Shown piece by piece: positions 1 to 13,010 of a stretch of 64,000 nt of DNA (the first letter of the stretch is position 1; each line of letters starts with the position of its first letter). A program made the position numbers and the translations under genes. The notes under the pieces were generated by a model that was given only the letters and a program-made list of their open reading frames with translations, had not been told where the DNA came from and searched no databases. This stretch comes from Chrysomallon squamiferum (taxonomy: Eukaryota; Animalia; Mollusca). The DNA lies in assembly GCA_012295275.1 (NCBI GenBank), contig CM022679.1:30132001-30196000 (forward strand), read 5' to 3'.

Positions 1-373
1 ATAAGACACATTTTAGATCTTGCATTTATACCACTGTTATTTACATCAACCTCATTACTGATTTTTATTTTTTCACAATTGGGGGATTAAGGGGACATAA
101 TTCTGCAGATATTTCATCTCAAAAGAGTCGCAATGGCAAAATAACACAATAACACAGAGGAAAGCACAAAAAATATTTTTAAATTATCTAACAACAAAGA
201 TGACAAATTTACTTGTTAACAAAATGCCAGGTTCCTATTCAACTGAACACTCGTTAAATCTAAACTTTATTCAAAAATCAAAAACTTGATTATCTAGAAA
301 CTACGTATAACATCTATGCTGGAAAAGCAAGGGCGTGTCATATATTAAGCTGGGAGGGTCAGTGTGGGGTATA

Positions 374-634
374 TTATGGCACCCCACCAATCAAAGCCAT
401 TATCATTCTCCTGTAGTCACCAGAAATGTCGTCCTGCAAAGAAATACAAACAAGAAATAAAACACAAAACTAGACAAAAATGAGGTACCAGTGTATTTTA
501 AAATTAGTGGCTGTTATGTGTTAAATGCCTGGAATTTGTTCTATAATAGCATTTTCATATATATATATATGATAATGAAACAACAGCATATACATATATC
601 TGTGTGCAAATATGTGTCTTTGTTTGCAAATATA

Positions 635-674
<40 letters not shown>

Positions 675-2169
675 GGAGGGAGGGTTTCATGATGTCTACT
701 TCTTTTTTAAGATTTATTCTTTTAATCACTTTTACTATTTATTAAATTAGATGATTTTGATTTTTTTTTACAAAGAAACTTAATAATAAAAGGTAGAGAA
801 CATACAGACCAGACTCGATTCTATGAATTATAACAGTGTACTCAAATCATTGAACTCAAAAAATACATGAAAATAATAAAAAAAATCTGGTATTCAAGTT
901 CCAAGAACATTGTAAAGAAAACAAAAACTGTACACACTTACTCTGACAAATGATTCCAGTGTTTTGCAGGATCTCTTCATGAATTCTTGTTTGATCTGGA
1001 CCATGTCCACTTAAGGCAGAGAATACACAGATCAGAGTTCTGTCAGTTCCCATGCCCTGAAACAATAAAAATATAAAAATTTAAAACAAGGAACACAGAA
1101 GAATACATATATATAATTAAAAATCAGTTACATTCTGTAAGTTCAAAATCAATTTTGTAAGGTTTTAATTACAAACAGTATACAGGTTCATCTTGTTTGA
1201 AATTCAAATGATTCCAGTTAAGAACTTTTTCTTACATATAAATTCTGTTTTCTTGTTGGTTCTGAACCATGTTTAGTCTACACAAACTTCATTTCATGCA
1301 GACTGGATTAAAATTATTATACATAGTATCTGCAGTTTGCCCTGAATCAAAAAAAATACAAAATTTTTAAAACACTTCATATAAGCTGCATGTGAAAAAT
1401 AAAGAGATTTCATTCTTAGGCTTCAATCATATTCTCTAATATCTCCTTTTATCTCAAAATCTTTAATTATTTTAAATGGGAGCCATTTCAAGCATTTCTG
1501 ATAAACTGTACTCATAATGTAACATTACTGGTATATAATATAAAATTTAATTAATTATAAATTATAGACAAAAGAGGATTTGATCATGTTTTTTTATTTA
1601 TTTTACAAACCTTCATAGAATGGTAAAGTCGGTCAGCAAAATAGGCTGCTCTGTTCCGTACAACTTGAACTGAAAATTTCAAAAACATTTTTAAAATCAG
1701 GTTTTAATTCCAAAGTGCAACTATTTTAGAGAAAAATACCATGCAAATACAACAAATATTTTCATAATTTAAAAAAAAAAAAGTTAGTATAAGAGTTATT
1801 TGGAAGTCAGATTTCAAACAACAAAGTGAATTTTAAAAAGCAAATCATCTTTTAAAACAGCTATTAAAAAAATTTTTTTTTTTTTTTTTTTCCAAAATTC
1901 TCTATTTACAATGTGGTCTCTACATTTAAAATTAAAAAAACAAATAAATACTCGAAAACCAAATAAGAAAAAAAAAAATCCATGAAAAAAATAAGAAAAA
2001 AAAAAATCCATGTTTTAAAAAAACATTTGAAAATAGTTTCAAACTGCATTAAATATAATAGAACTTGAAATTAAAAATAGAAAGCATAATAAAATAATGA
2101 AATCTGAACTTTTTAAAAACATTTAAACATTTATGAAACAAAAAACCAGAAAATGGATGTAAAAAATAA

Positions 2170-2201
<32 letters not shown>

Positions 2202-5200
2202 TAAAAATAAAAAAAATAAAAACAACAAACAACAACAACAACAACAAAAAGAAATGAAAAATATCCAAGTAACTAACTGATAGTCTTCAAGCCAGTCTCG
2301 ACATTTCCAGAAAACTCGGAACTTATCGCCTTCTCAATATCATGATTAGACACTCGACTGTAGGCGTCAAACACAGCTCTGAGCTGTTCGAAACTCTGAG
2401 AGGCGATGATGGAGTTGAATGTGTTCTCATCAGTCCCCCATCTCTTTTCTCCTGCTTGATACAGTCTCTATAAACACAAAAAAAACACAAAAACCAGATA
2501 TAGTTTCTTTTCAACTAATTGTTTGATGTAATCTTTGCTGCTACAGAAATTCAAACAATTAACACCTCTTCATCAAGATTTGATATTTTTATCAGCTTTC
2601 GTGAGATGTCTGTTTTTAAAAATAAGTATTGAAGTCTTTTTGCATATAAATTCAAAAGTTTAAATGGAAAAAATTTAGTTTCACATCTCTTTTTTTTATT
2701 ACAATTGTGAACGAAGCAAAAAAACGTTTTAAATTTTTTTTTATTCAAAAGTCTAATTTACAGGTACATTGATTTATTTACCTGTGCATCTGTCTGAGCC
2801 TTGGTCATATCAACCGGCTGGTTTTCCATGCGTCCACCCTGAAATACAAGTGAATAATTTATTATTATTATTATTTTTATATAATATACTAATTTATTTA
2901 TTAAACTAAATATTTAATATTCAGGGTGGTCCAAAACTAGGTGGACAGAAAAATGGTAACATTTATTTTGAGATTACATATACAATTATATTTACTCCAA
3001 AAGTAGTTGGACAGTAATTGTAGTTATAAAATTTTAAATAATATAGCTCAAGTAGCATTGTTACAATGAACACAATTGTAATAATATAACCCTAAGCCTA
3101 ACCCACATACTGTTAATTGTTAATTGTTTATTCTGGTTGTTATGATTATTCACTTTAAACTGCTGTAGACTGATTAATGACTGATTGATCATGCTTGGGT
3201 TTTAATATGATATTTTACAAATCACATTAAAAAATAATTTTTTGGTTAAAGGATTTGTAATCATTCATTTTTTTTTTTGTTAAGACCTAATGAACAAGTA
3301 AGGAAGAACAGATCAAGCCAAATATCACAACTAGTAACATGAAAAAAAAACCCAGCCTTTTATATTTTTTTAATTAATACAAAAATTATTTTAAAAATAA
3401 TAATACATTTTTTAAAATTATTTTTAAAATTTAAATAAAACTTAAAACACTTCATTTTCAGTTTTATTTTACTACATACGGTTGTCATGGAAACCATTAG
3501 TTTTCTGAAATGTCCTGAAGTATCACTTATGATATCCTGTTCCAAAGTGCGGCCATACACTGAAATAATTTTTAAGAGATAACAACAAATATTTATAAAA
3601 AAATTTTTTTTTTTAAATTATCAATCTCAGTTAATCACAATAAACAAAATTAACATTTGTATTTAAACATACGACAACAAAATATTTATGTAAAAAAAAT
3701 GATAATAATAAATCAAATTAAAAAATTAATATGAAAATGAATAATTTATAAATAAAACTTACTTGATTTGTATGCTGCAACTATATTCTGAATTTGTTTG
3801 TTGTTTCTAGTACACAGAATTTCCATCATGGCACCTTCATCTGTGCCTAAACCCTGACAAACAACAATAACAATAACAATAATAATAATAATAATAGTAA
3901 CAGTAACAGTAATAATATAATAATAATAATAAAAATAATAATACTAATAGTAATAATATACTAATAATAATAAAAGTAATAATACTAATACTAATATTAC
4001 TACTAATAATAATAATAATAGTAGTAGAGACAACAACAATAATGAAATAGTGATAATTATAAAAACTGTAAAACCTTAATAGTAAATGATGGTAACAGTA
4101 GTAATAATAATAATAAATAAATAAATAATAACACTGTCATAATAAATTTATTTAATTTAATATAATAAATATTGATAATCTTTACTAATGATATATTTAC
4201 TTCATTTCAACTTAAATGTTCCTAAAGATAATAAATTACCTGTTAACCACTTTAAATTGAACAAAAGATTACATGGATTAATGGAATAATAAAGAATTTC
4301 CTATTTTCAGTATTTTACTAATGTAATTGAATATAGTCAATTTAAAATTAAAAATTAACAATACAAAGCTTAACAAATGAAATCAATAAGTTAAAAATAA
4401 TTATTATTAGATAAAGTAAATTTTAAAAAATAAATAAATTAATCATGATATTTTAAATGGATGTGAAACATAATCAATAAAAATTAACATACAGCTAGCT
4501 CTCTGTTCATCATGAAAAAAATATGTAAATTTGATTATTTATGAATATATTTCTAATTAATCTTAATTTAAAACAAAAAGCTTTAAACCCCAAAGAAAAA
4601 CAACAGACAGCAACAGAAACAAAAAATTCTGTAAAGCTGAAGGAGCAGCTGTTTTTCTCAATCTAAATGTGATGTGTTACAAATAGGATGTTACAGTACA
4701 CCACTTCGTAATATGAAACAAAACTAGCAATATGGGTAAATTTTTTTTTTTTTTTTAATGGTGAAACATAAATAATATCTTTATTTCTCAAAACGCCCTC
4801 CAATTCACAGTTAATGATTTAAAACTAAGAACAAACATAATGAACAAGAATGTTTTTTTAAATACAGTTACGCAGATTTAACTTATTTGCTTAATTTTAG
4901 TACCTTATTATTTTAATTTTAATTTTTTATTTTTTATTTTTTTTCTCTTTGACAAAACTGGCACATCAATATAAAATCAGAAAAAAAATGGAGTAATCAA
5001 TACATGGTAAAACTAGATTCTACATACAGTCAGCTTAGAATAGATATAAGGTGAGTTTAGGTGTCAGTGTATTAGCAAAATATTGTGCATCATATTACTG
5101 ACTATGTATGCAACACCTCATCACTAGTGAAAGGTAGAACATACCACACTTATGGTGATTGGAACCTGAACTGCTTATTTTTAATGTAGAAGAACAGAAA

Positions 5201-7745
5201 GGAGAAACCAGTTTAAAATCCAGACCTTTTCAGTTTAGAAGCAGTCAAAAAGCAAATATCTCAAAGTCAAAGACTCAATTTTCAAAATTAAAAATACAGA
5301 AAAGCATCATAAAATAATGTTAATAAAAATGGCAAAGCATTAAAATTATTAATTTCAAAGAGTTTAAAATGTGTTTTTTTTAAAAATTCAAATGTTTTTT
5401 TTTCTTTCTTTTTTCTTTTTGGCATTTTTTTTTTTTTTTTTTTTTTTTTTATATATATATAGAAATAAACAAAACTAAACAATTCTCTAATAAAATATAA
5501 TTCAAATAATAAAAATAAAATAATAAATAAGCAAACAAGCAAACAAAGCCAGGTATCTTGTACACGGGAGAAAGACAGACTGGTTTTTCTCGATGTCACT
5601 GACAAGACCTACTTTCATAGCTCGTTTTAACTCATACGCGTCATACTCCTCTGGTTTCATCATTAACGCAATGGCCGTCTCCTCAAAGTTCCCCGACAGT
5701 TCGCTCTTCAGGTCTTTGACTAAGTCCTGAAAGAAAAACAGTGCAAGACAAATCAAACTGGGACCTACTCTCATGGCTCTCTTTAGTTCATAGGCGTCGT
5801 ATTCTTCGGGCTTCATCAACAGGGCGATTAAAACATTCTCAAAGTGGGCCGACAGTTCACTCTTTAAGTCGTTCATAAGATCCTGAAACAGCACAAAAAA
5901 AAATAGTCTCTGTGAATGGGTGTGGACTGATGTGGGAGTGGGGGGTGAATGGATGGAGGGATGTGGGAGTGGGGGGTGAATGAATGGAGGGATGTGGGAG
6001 TGGGGGGTGAATGGATGGATGAATGTGGAAGTGGGGGTGAATGGATAGAGGAGTGGGGGAATGGATGTATGTAGGATTGGGGTGAATTGATGGATGGATG
6101 TGGGATTGGGGTGACTGAATGGATGGATGTAGGATTCGGGGGAATGGATTGATGGACGTGGGAATGGGGTGAATGGATTGATGGACGTGGGAATGGGGTG
6201 AATGGATGGACGGATGTGGGAATGAGGTGAATGGGTGGACAGATGTGGGAGTGGGGTGAATGGATTGATGGATGTGGGAATGGGGTGAATGGATGGATGG
6301 ATGGAAGTAGGGATAGACGGACAGGTAGATGAGTTGATGTATGGATGAACAACCAGTGGACAGATTGATAGACTGATGAATGGATAAGTGAATGGTCTGA
6401 TGGCTGGATGTATGGATGGAATAACAGATGAAAAGATGAAATATTTTATTTTGAAAATCTCAAAACATTACAAGTATATATTATTTATGTTCTGTCAATA
6501 TATATTTTGTTATTATTAATGTGAATTTGTCATGTTTATATTTTAAATTTCTTATTAACATGTGAAAATGTTATCTGAATACATTAAAATTATTAAAATA
6601 ATAATAATACTCACCCTTAATTATTTCCAAAATTATCCTTGTTTTTCTGTCATAAATTATATAACATGACAATATTTGTTTCAACATAACAATTAAGATT
6701 TTTTTAAATATTCATCAAAACAAATATTAGTGTTTAAAACAAATAATGATTACATAAAATAAAAATTTATAAATTTCAGTGAAACTTTATTAAAAATGTG
6801 ATGTGAATGCTTTTTAAACAAAATATTAAGGATTAATGTACAAACATGCTAAGTGCACTTTTTGGTGTTTTGGATTTCTCAAAACTGAGGTATCATTAAT
6901 GTTTTTTAAAACTGTACAGAAGTTATGTCTGAATTACAAAATCATTACTGTTTCAAATAAAACCTTTATTATCACCTGACTATGAAAAGTGCATTTAGTA
7001 CATTTCAACATTAAACCCTTGTTAATTCTGTGACAAACGTGAACGCACCCGACCAAAGCACGTCTTGTACATCAGTTTAATCTGCATTCTCTGCTCGTTA
7101 CTGCGGTAACCAAGAATGTCTATTATAGCCTTTTCATCTGTGCCTGATTCAAACATGCAAAATAATAATGAACTTAGTTACATTGTTTAGACATTGATTA
7201 ACAGTTCAATACTTAAGAAAAACATCTGTACTGGTTCAAACATGTTTACCCTTCAGACCTAAAGCCCCAACATACACACATACCCCATACCCTGACTACC
7301 CCAGGTAAAATGGCTGTATTTTACAATATCCATTTTCTGTTTCAAAAAATGAATATCTAATGAACATGGCATTGTTAATAAAAATATTATTAGTATAAAC
7401 ATATTTGTGTTTGGGTTTAAATTTTAAATGGTAGGGTTAAAAGGTTTAACATGTTTCTACCACTTTATTAGTTTTTCGTGCTGATGTGGGATAATTACAT
7501 ATTGCTGTGATGTCAAAAAAATGTGCAAAATGTATAAAATTTTCAGCTAAAATTTAAATAAATTTAACATTATTAGCGTCAAGTGAAATAAAAAATAAAT
7601 AAAATAAAATATAAACATTTCTTTTTAATATTAATTTATAAATATAAAAGAGATAAAATATGTTTATAAAATATGTGCAAAAATATATTTACAAACTGAC
7701 AACTCCGAGTTAGTATTTTCTAAACAAAATATATGTAATCTACAT

Positions 7746-7786
<41 letters not shown>

Positions 7787-10700
7787 GAATGTAGAAATCA
7801 AAAAAAAAGAAAGTAGGGAAATGCATTTTTATTAACTTAGTTTTCAATATTTATTCATTTTCAGATTCAAGAGAAACTTTTTTTAATATCATATCTTGTT
7901 ATTTTAATTTTATTAAGTGGCTTTGTTTCATTGTTTTATATATATATATAACACTACTATTACAATTACTAGTAAACTCTGTCTCTCACATATTTTCTTC
8001 AGTTATTACTTATTTAACAGAAACTTACCAAGTCCCTTCATAGCTTTCCTCAGAATCTGGGCATCGTGTTCAGCATTGAAATTAGCTGCTGGCTTCAGGG
8101 TGCCTTGTTCCTGTAGTGTGTAGAAATATTTTTTTATTTTTTAAATCAGTAAAACATACCAAGAGGTTTTGTAGGGGGGGTTGTGTTTTTTTACCCATTC
8201 AGTAGGTATATGTCATATGACATAAAGTCATATATATATATAAAACAGTTATATATAACATGACAAATATTGTGTGAGATATGACAAGTAAGTTATATAT
8301 ACAAGTTATTAGCCCAAGCAGTTAAATGATCTGGTAACAGGTAATATTACAATTAATGTATCAAATATATAGATACTAAAGATTTAACAAATAAAATTTT
8401 TAGTTACAAAAAGGTAACTGGCATTTTCCCGATACATATTAAGAAAAGGTAAACACAGATCAAATATATATATACAAGTTGATATGTAATAAAATGGGAC
8501 AATAAGTTCGACTGGGAAATCAGGGAATGAATATCTGTCTTTAAATTAAGCTCCTTCCAGTTTAACACTCACAGTTAAAAAAAAACACAACAATTTACCT
8601 GAATCTTGTATCCAGTAGCAGCCGTGCCCCCCCCAGCAGGCTGGGATGTGTATCCAGTTCCGTACCCACTGGGTGGGGCAGAACCCTGGGGCTGGTAGGC
8701 AGCAGGCGCCCCATATCCTGGGTTCATCTGTTGCTGTTGTCCGTAGCCTTGTTGTTGTGGTGGCTGCTGCTGCTGCCCATATCCAGTCTGCGGTGGTTGT
8801 TGTCCATACCCTTGTGGCTGACCATACCCACCTGCAGCTGGCTGGCCGTAAGCACCTCCTGGCTGTTGTCCATAACCTTGAGGAGGCTGTGCAGGGTAGC
8901 CTGGCGCACTGCCGTAACCAGGCTGAAACAACACACACATCAGTGTAAAAACTACATCACAGACACATTTAATATTTCAGTGAAGTAATAAACTAGTTAT
9001 TAATTAACATCACAGACTAACATTTATTAATTAACGTTTTCAGTGAAGTATTTAATAATAAGTACTAAAATAGTTATTAATTAACATTTTCACACACATC
9101 AGTGTTAAAAATACATCGCAAACGTATTTAATATTTCAGTAAACTACTAAAATAGTTATTAATTAATGTTTTCACACACATCAGTGTTAAAAATACATCA
9201 CAGACACATTTAATATTTCAGTGAAGTAGTAAACTACTAACATAGTTATTAATTAATGTATCACGCACATCAGTGTAAAAACTACATCACAGACACATTT
9301 AATATTTCAGTGAAGTAGTAAACTACTAACATAGTTATTAATTAATGTATCACGCACAATGGCATGAAACCTCAGAATCACTGGCAGGTTTATTATTTCA
9401 GTGAAGTTTAAAACAAGACAGTGTGAAACAGTTGTTAGTTAAAGTTTCATACATATCATTAGTGTGAAAATATGCTGTAACAAACACGTTTAACATTTCA
9501 GTGAAGCAAGCTGGGCTTAAGTAATTATTAAAACATAGATTAGTGTAAAACAGACAGCATCACAAACACATTTACTGTTTCAATGAAATGTTGAAAAAAC
9601 AGGACTGAAAGCATTATTAACAAACAGGATAAAGTATCACAAACATGCTTACTGTTTTAATGAAAATGAAATCAGTACCTGAGTCTGGTATGTTGGTTGT
9701 CCAGCTCCTGGTGCATTTGGCATGGCAACAGAAGGTCCTCCATATCCCTGTGGCATACCGCCTGGTTGACCCTAAAATACATTATGTAGCTAGAGAGTCA
9801 GACAGTGATACAGACTGAAAGAGTTACACTAATGGATAATTAATTATATATACACACACCTACACACTCTTGTACACACACACACACACACACATATATA
9901 TACACACACACACACACACACATACACAGTATTTAATTCAAACCATTTTTTATGCACATAATTATTTACTAATTCTTTTTTTTATATTTTACAAATATGT
10001 GAATCATCAAAAATTATATTCAGAATAATAAATGATTATTGATTTTTTTTTTTTTAAATTTATTTGTTTGTTATTATTCTTTTATTTTATTTTCATTTTT
10101 TATGGCATGTGAACAGTTGTTTTTCTCGTTATTAACTGAAAATGCACAACTAAAAAAAATTGTTTGTTTTTAAAATCATTGTTGTCTTCATAATGTCAAC
10201 ATGCTGTACAGAATAACCTACCCCACCAAATCCCATCTGCCCTGGCCCGCCTGGTTGTGAGGGGTAACCTGGCATCCCCCCTGGAGCTGATCCATAAGCA
10301 GCTGCTTGAGCAGACTCAAAGGTTGGCATGGCAACCTGAAACAGCATTACATATAACAAAAACGTCAGAACTATTTCAATAAAATAATGGTTTGTAATAT
10401 ATAATGTTAATCAATGAAACAGATAAATTGTATTTCTTTTCTAATTTGTTTGTAAAATCAGTGGTATGTATTATCCATCAACTGGAAGTGTTTATGGTAG
10501 CAATTTTTTTTAAACCTGTTTGTTGTCCCACATTATCATTATACAGATGTCAAGCGTATAGTATTTTAAAAACCTTTATTATTAGATGCAGCAAGTAACA
10601 TTCAATTTCTTATTTTTGACTCTGTAATCAGCACAAAATACTTGTTTTTATACAGATACAAGTATACTCACATATTATTATTATTATCATCATCATCATC

Positions 10701-11052
10701 ATCATCTAACAACAGTTTTTTTTTAATTTATTTAACTTTTTTCTATCACGAGTTTTCATTAAAAATACATAGATTTATTTTGGGACTACACATTTGTTTT
10801 TTAATTTGCTCAGTTGTGCTGGGGGGGTAGTTTTGTTTTTGATTTTTTCTCCAACATTAATCAGGTTTTAAAATAGTAATTACTGGATCTCACCTGAGCA
10901 CCAGAGCCAGGTCCTCCACCAGGATATCCTGGTCCTGGTCCTGCCCCTGGATATCCACCTGGCTGGGGTGGATATCCAGGCTGTCCACTTTGTGGAGGAT
11001 AGGCTCCCCCAGCTGGGGGATAACCCCCTCCTGCACCATATGGGTAACTCAT
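374..11052 (-). CDS. Annexin A7/A11-like protein (long GYP/Gln-rich N-terminal tail plus four annexin repeats), multi-exon
   Basis: Coding exons (minus): 11052-10894, 10335-10222, 9771-9679, 8922-8599, 8110-8029, 7143-7049, [5882-5769 or 5726-5613], 3853-3763, 3559-3480, 2838-2782, 2467-2278, 1669-1611, 1056-942 (frameshifted in this sequence), 433-374. Translation begins [13 protein letters not shown] and shows the annexin motifs [57 protein letters not shown] and DISGDY. Junctions are GT-AG and phase-consistent except around 1056-942. Confidence 0.95.
1195..1341 (-). pseudogene. Degenerate second copy of the annexin repeat-4 exon (paralog of 1056-942)
   Basis: The minus strand reads TTCAG|GGC ... 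GTAGAC..ATGGTTCAGA.C.AACAAGAA ... CTGGAATCATTTG, colinear with 1056-942 (GTGGACATGGTCCAGATCAAACAAGAA ... CTGGAATCATTTG). It contains stops and indels. Confidence 0.6.
5613..5726 (-). CDS. Annexin alternative exon [39 protein letters not shown]
   Basis: 114 nt, phase 0/0, TTTCAG acceptor and GTAGGT donor. Only 42 nt from exon A. Confidence 0.9.
5769..5882 (-). CDS. Annexin alternative exon A (repeat 1 C-terminal half), [38 protein letters not shown]
   Basis: 114 nt, phase 0/0, TTTCAG acceptor and GTAGGT donor. Paralogous to the adjacent exon 5726-5613. Confidence 0.9.
5912..6420. repeat. G-rich/C-rich minisatellite, ~29-30 bp unit like GATGTGGGAGTGGGGGGTGAATGGATG
   Basis: Visible tandem array that degrades toward 6420. 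It produces the spurious His/Pro-rich ORF 5873-6352. Confidence 0.9.
6828..7020. mobile_element. Degenerate MITE-like inverted-repeat element
   Basis: Left AAGGATTAATGTACAAACATGCTAAGTGCACTTTT imperfectly matches the reverse complement of right AAAAGTGCATTTAGTACATTTCAACATTAAACCCTT. Confidence 0.45.
8933..9660. repeat. ~80-90 bp tandem repeat filling an annexin intron
   Basis: The unit CACACATCAGTGTAAAAACTACATCACAGACACATTTAATATTTCAGTGAAGTA...TAGTTATTAATTAA repeats at ~8933, 9091, 9173, 9262 and 9351, with more diverged copies to ~9660. Confidence 0.85.
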
Positions 11053-11160
11053 GTTAGCTGTAAATATGAAATATACAATTCAATAAAATTGTGGTGTGCT
11101 TGTATACAGATACATGTACACACATATTTATTTATGTTTGTATATATGTATGCTTGTATT

Positions 11161-11196
<36 letters not shown>

Positions 11197-11283
11197 GGGG
11201 GTGTATGAGTGTGCGTATGTGTGTATGTATTGTGTATATGTTTGTAGATAGGTAGGTAGGTATATACGTCTGTGTATATATAA

Positions 11284-11332
<49 letters not shown>

Positions 11333-11989
11333 GGTGTTTCACAGAAAGAAAGGTGTTTAGCATGAAACATAATCTCAGTACAATTTTCACAGATTATTTC
11401 ACACTGAAAATTTTAATACATACTATAAAAGGTGACCAGACACACCCGATTCTTTATCTTATTTTATATTAGTTGTAACATTTTTTTTTTTTTCTTATTT
11501 TCGAAAAAAAAAGCAAGAAACAAATATATATATATGCACACTTACAGATACAAGTCTACAATGACCTAGAGTGTTCTGCCAACAACATTAATATCATTTA
11601 TATCCTGTAATTACTCATTAAAATTCTGAAATGAGTCAATGTAGTTAATTACTAAGGATTGCTTAAGACAGAAATAACTTGAATATCTGGCCTACTCTAT
11701 TATGTAAATTTATAATTTATGTCTGTGCATTGTTGTGTGCTAAATACCTTACATAGCTGCGCTATGTTGCTTATATTATAATTCTATTTGACACCTTAAA
11801 ATATATCATACTGATAGCAATTTAAGATACATTATTTTACTTTCGTAATTTTTTTTAATTTTCAGAATTCCCGGAAGTTTATCCTTATTTCGGTATATTT
11901 TAAGAGGCTTTTCGCTTTTTGGTAGTATTTTACGGAAATATAAATTAAATTGTCAAGTAAATATATCATTCAACACAATAAATACTTAC

Positions 11990-12130
11990 CAAATAGCGAG
12001 AACAAGTAAATTTGAAAAAATAGGGCGAAGCAATGAAACTAGTCAATAAGCAGGTTGCGAAATGTTTACTGGAGTTATCGTTCTTGATGACCATCAGTAG
12101 TGACCGGTAGGGTTTTTAGTTCATTGACGC
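11990..12130 (-). promoter_or_regulatory. Annexin non-coding first exon and promoter (approximate)
   Basis: Minus-strand donor G|GTAAGT at 11990, with local CpG retention. Matching acceptor TACAG| at 11057, just before the ATG. Confidence 0.6.
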
Positions 12131-12146
12131 TAATCTTTTTTTTTAT

Positions 12147-12194
<48 letters not shown>

Positions 12195-12398
12195 AATTCA
12201 TTTAAAAAAAAAAAAACAATCCAAACAAAACTGATTTTGTTGAAAAATAGGGTTGCAATAAGGTTACACAAATAAAACGTGCTTAAAATCAGGAAACAAA
12301 TGTACTAACAATTATGGGCGTAAACATAAATATATTTTTAACTTGTAACGTAAACAAAACTAAAACAGGTAGTAACGGACATCTAATTACGCTCACAT

Positions 12399-12472
<74 letters not shown>

Positions 12473-12961
12473 CATTCAAAAACCTTATTTCGCTGGACTT
12501 TCTGAATAAAAGAAAACGAAAGTATTGAAAGACCATGATATTATATATACATATATACTCATATGTACAAAAATTAAGACTAATTATTATTACTGTTATA
12601 TTCATTTAGCATTAATATGTACAATGTACAACATTTAATTTTCTTCATCTTTGTCATTTAGCATCCAGTATTTAATTCAAGAAGATTTTTATGCACAAAA
12701 TTCTGTATTAATTCGTGAGCTGTTTCTTTTGTTATATATATTTAGGTGACTGGTTCGTTCATGTAACAGTTTCTATGAATTAATAATAATAACTGAAATT
12801 ATAAAAGAGTTCAAAATTCAGAAGATTTGGGAATATCTGGAAAAGTTACAAAAGAATATCAAATTGGCTGTTTTGAAGACCAGAAGATTAATATTGAAAC
12901 CATATATAAAAAGTCCAGATATCAGTGACAAAGTAGTTACTTAGAAAATTAATACAAAATA

Positions 12962-13010
<49 letters not shown>

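Noticed and set aside
3481-3494. X-box-like GTTGTCATGGAAAC (also 10322-10335 and 24605-24618)
   Set aside because: These fall within coding exons of annexin and TSSK and are explicable by codons.
5502-5894. ORF appearing to encode a tandem annexin half-repeat with a hydrophobic linker
   Set aside because: The linker is a GT...AG-bounded 42-nt spacer with a polypyrimidine tract. It is better explained as two alternative exons; read-through is kept only as a minor possibility.
5873-6352. 159-aa His/Pro/Ser-rich ORF
   Set aside because: Translation of an intronic minisatellite; no independent coding evidence.
12790-12945. Short Lys/Glu-rich open frames between annexin and the death-domain gene
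   Set aside because: No start or splice support and no recognisable motif.
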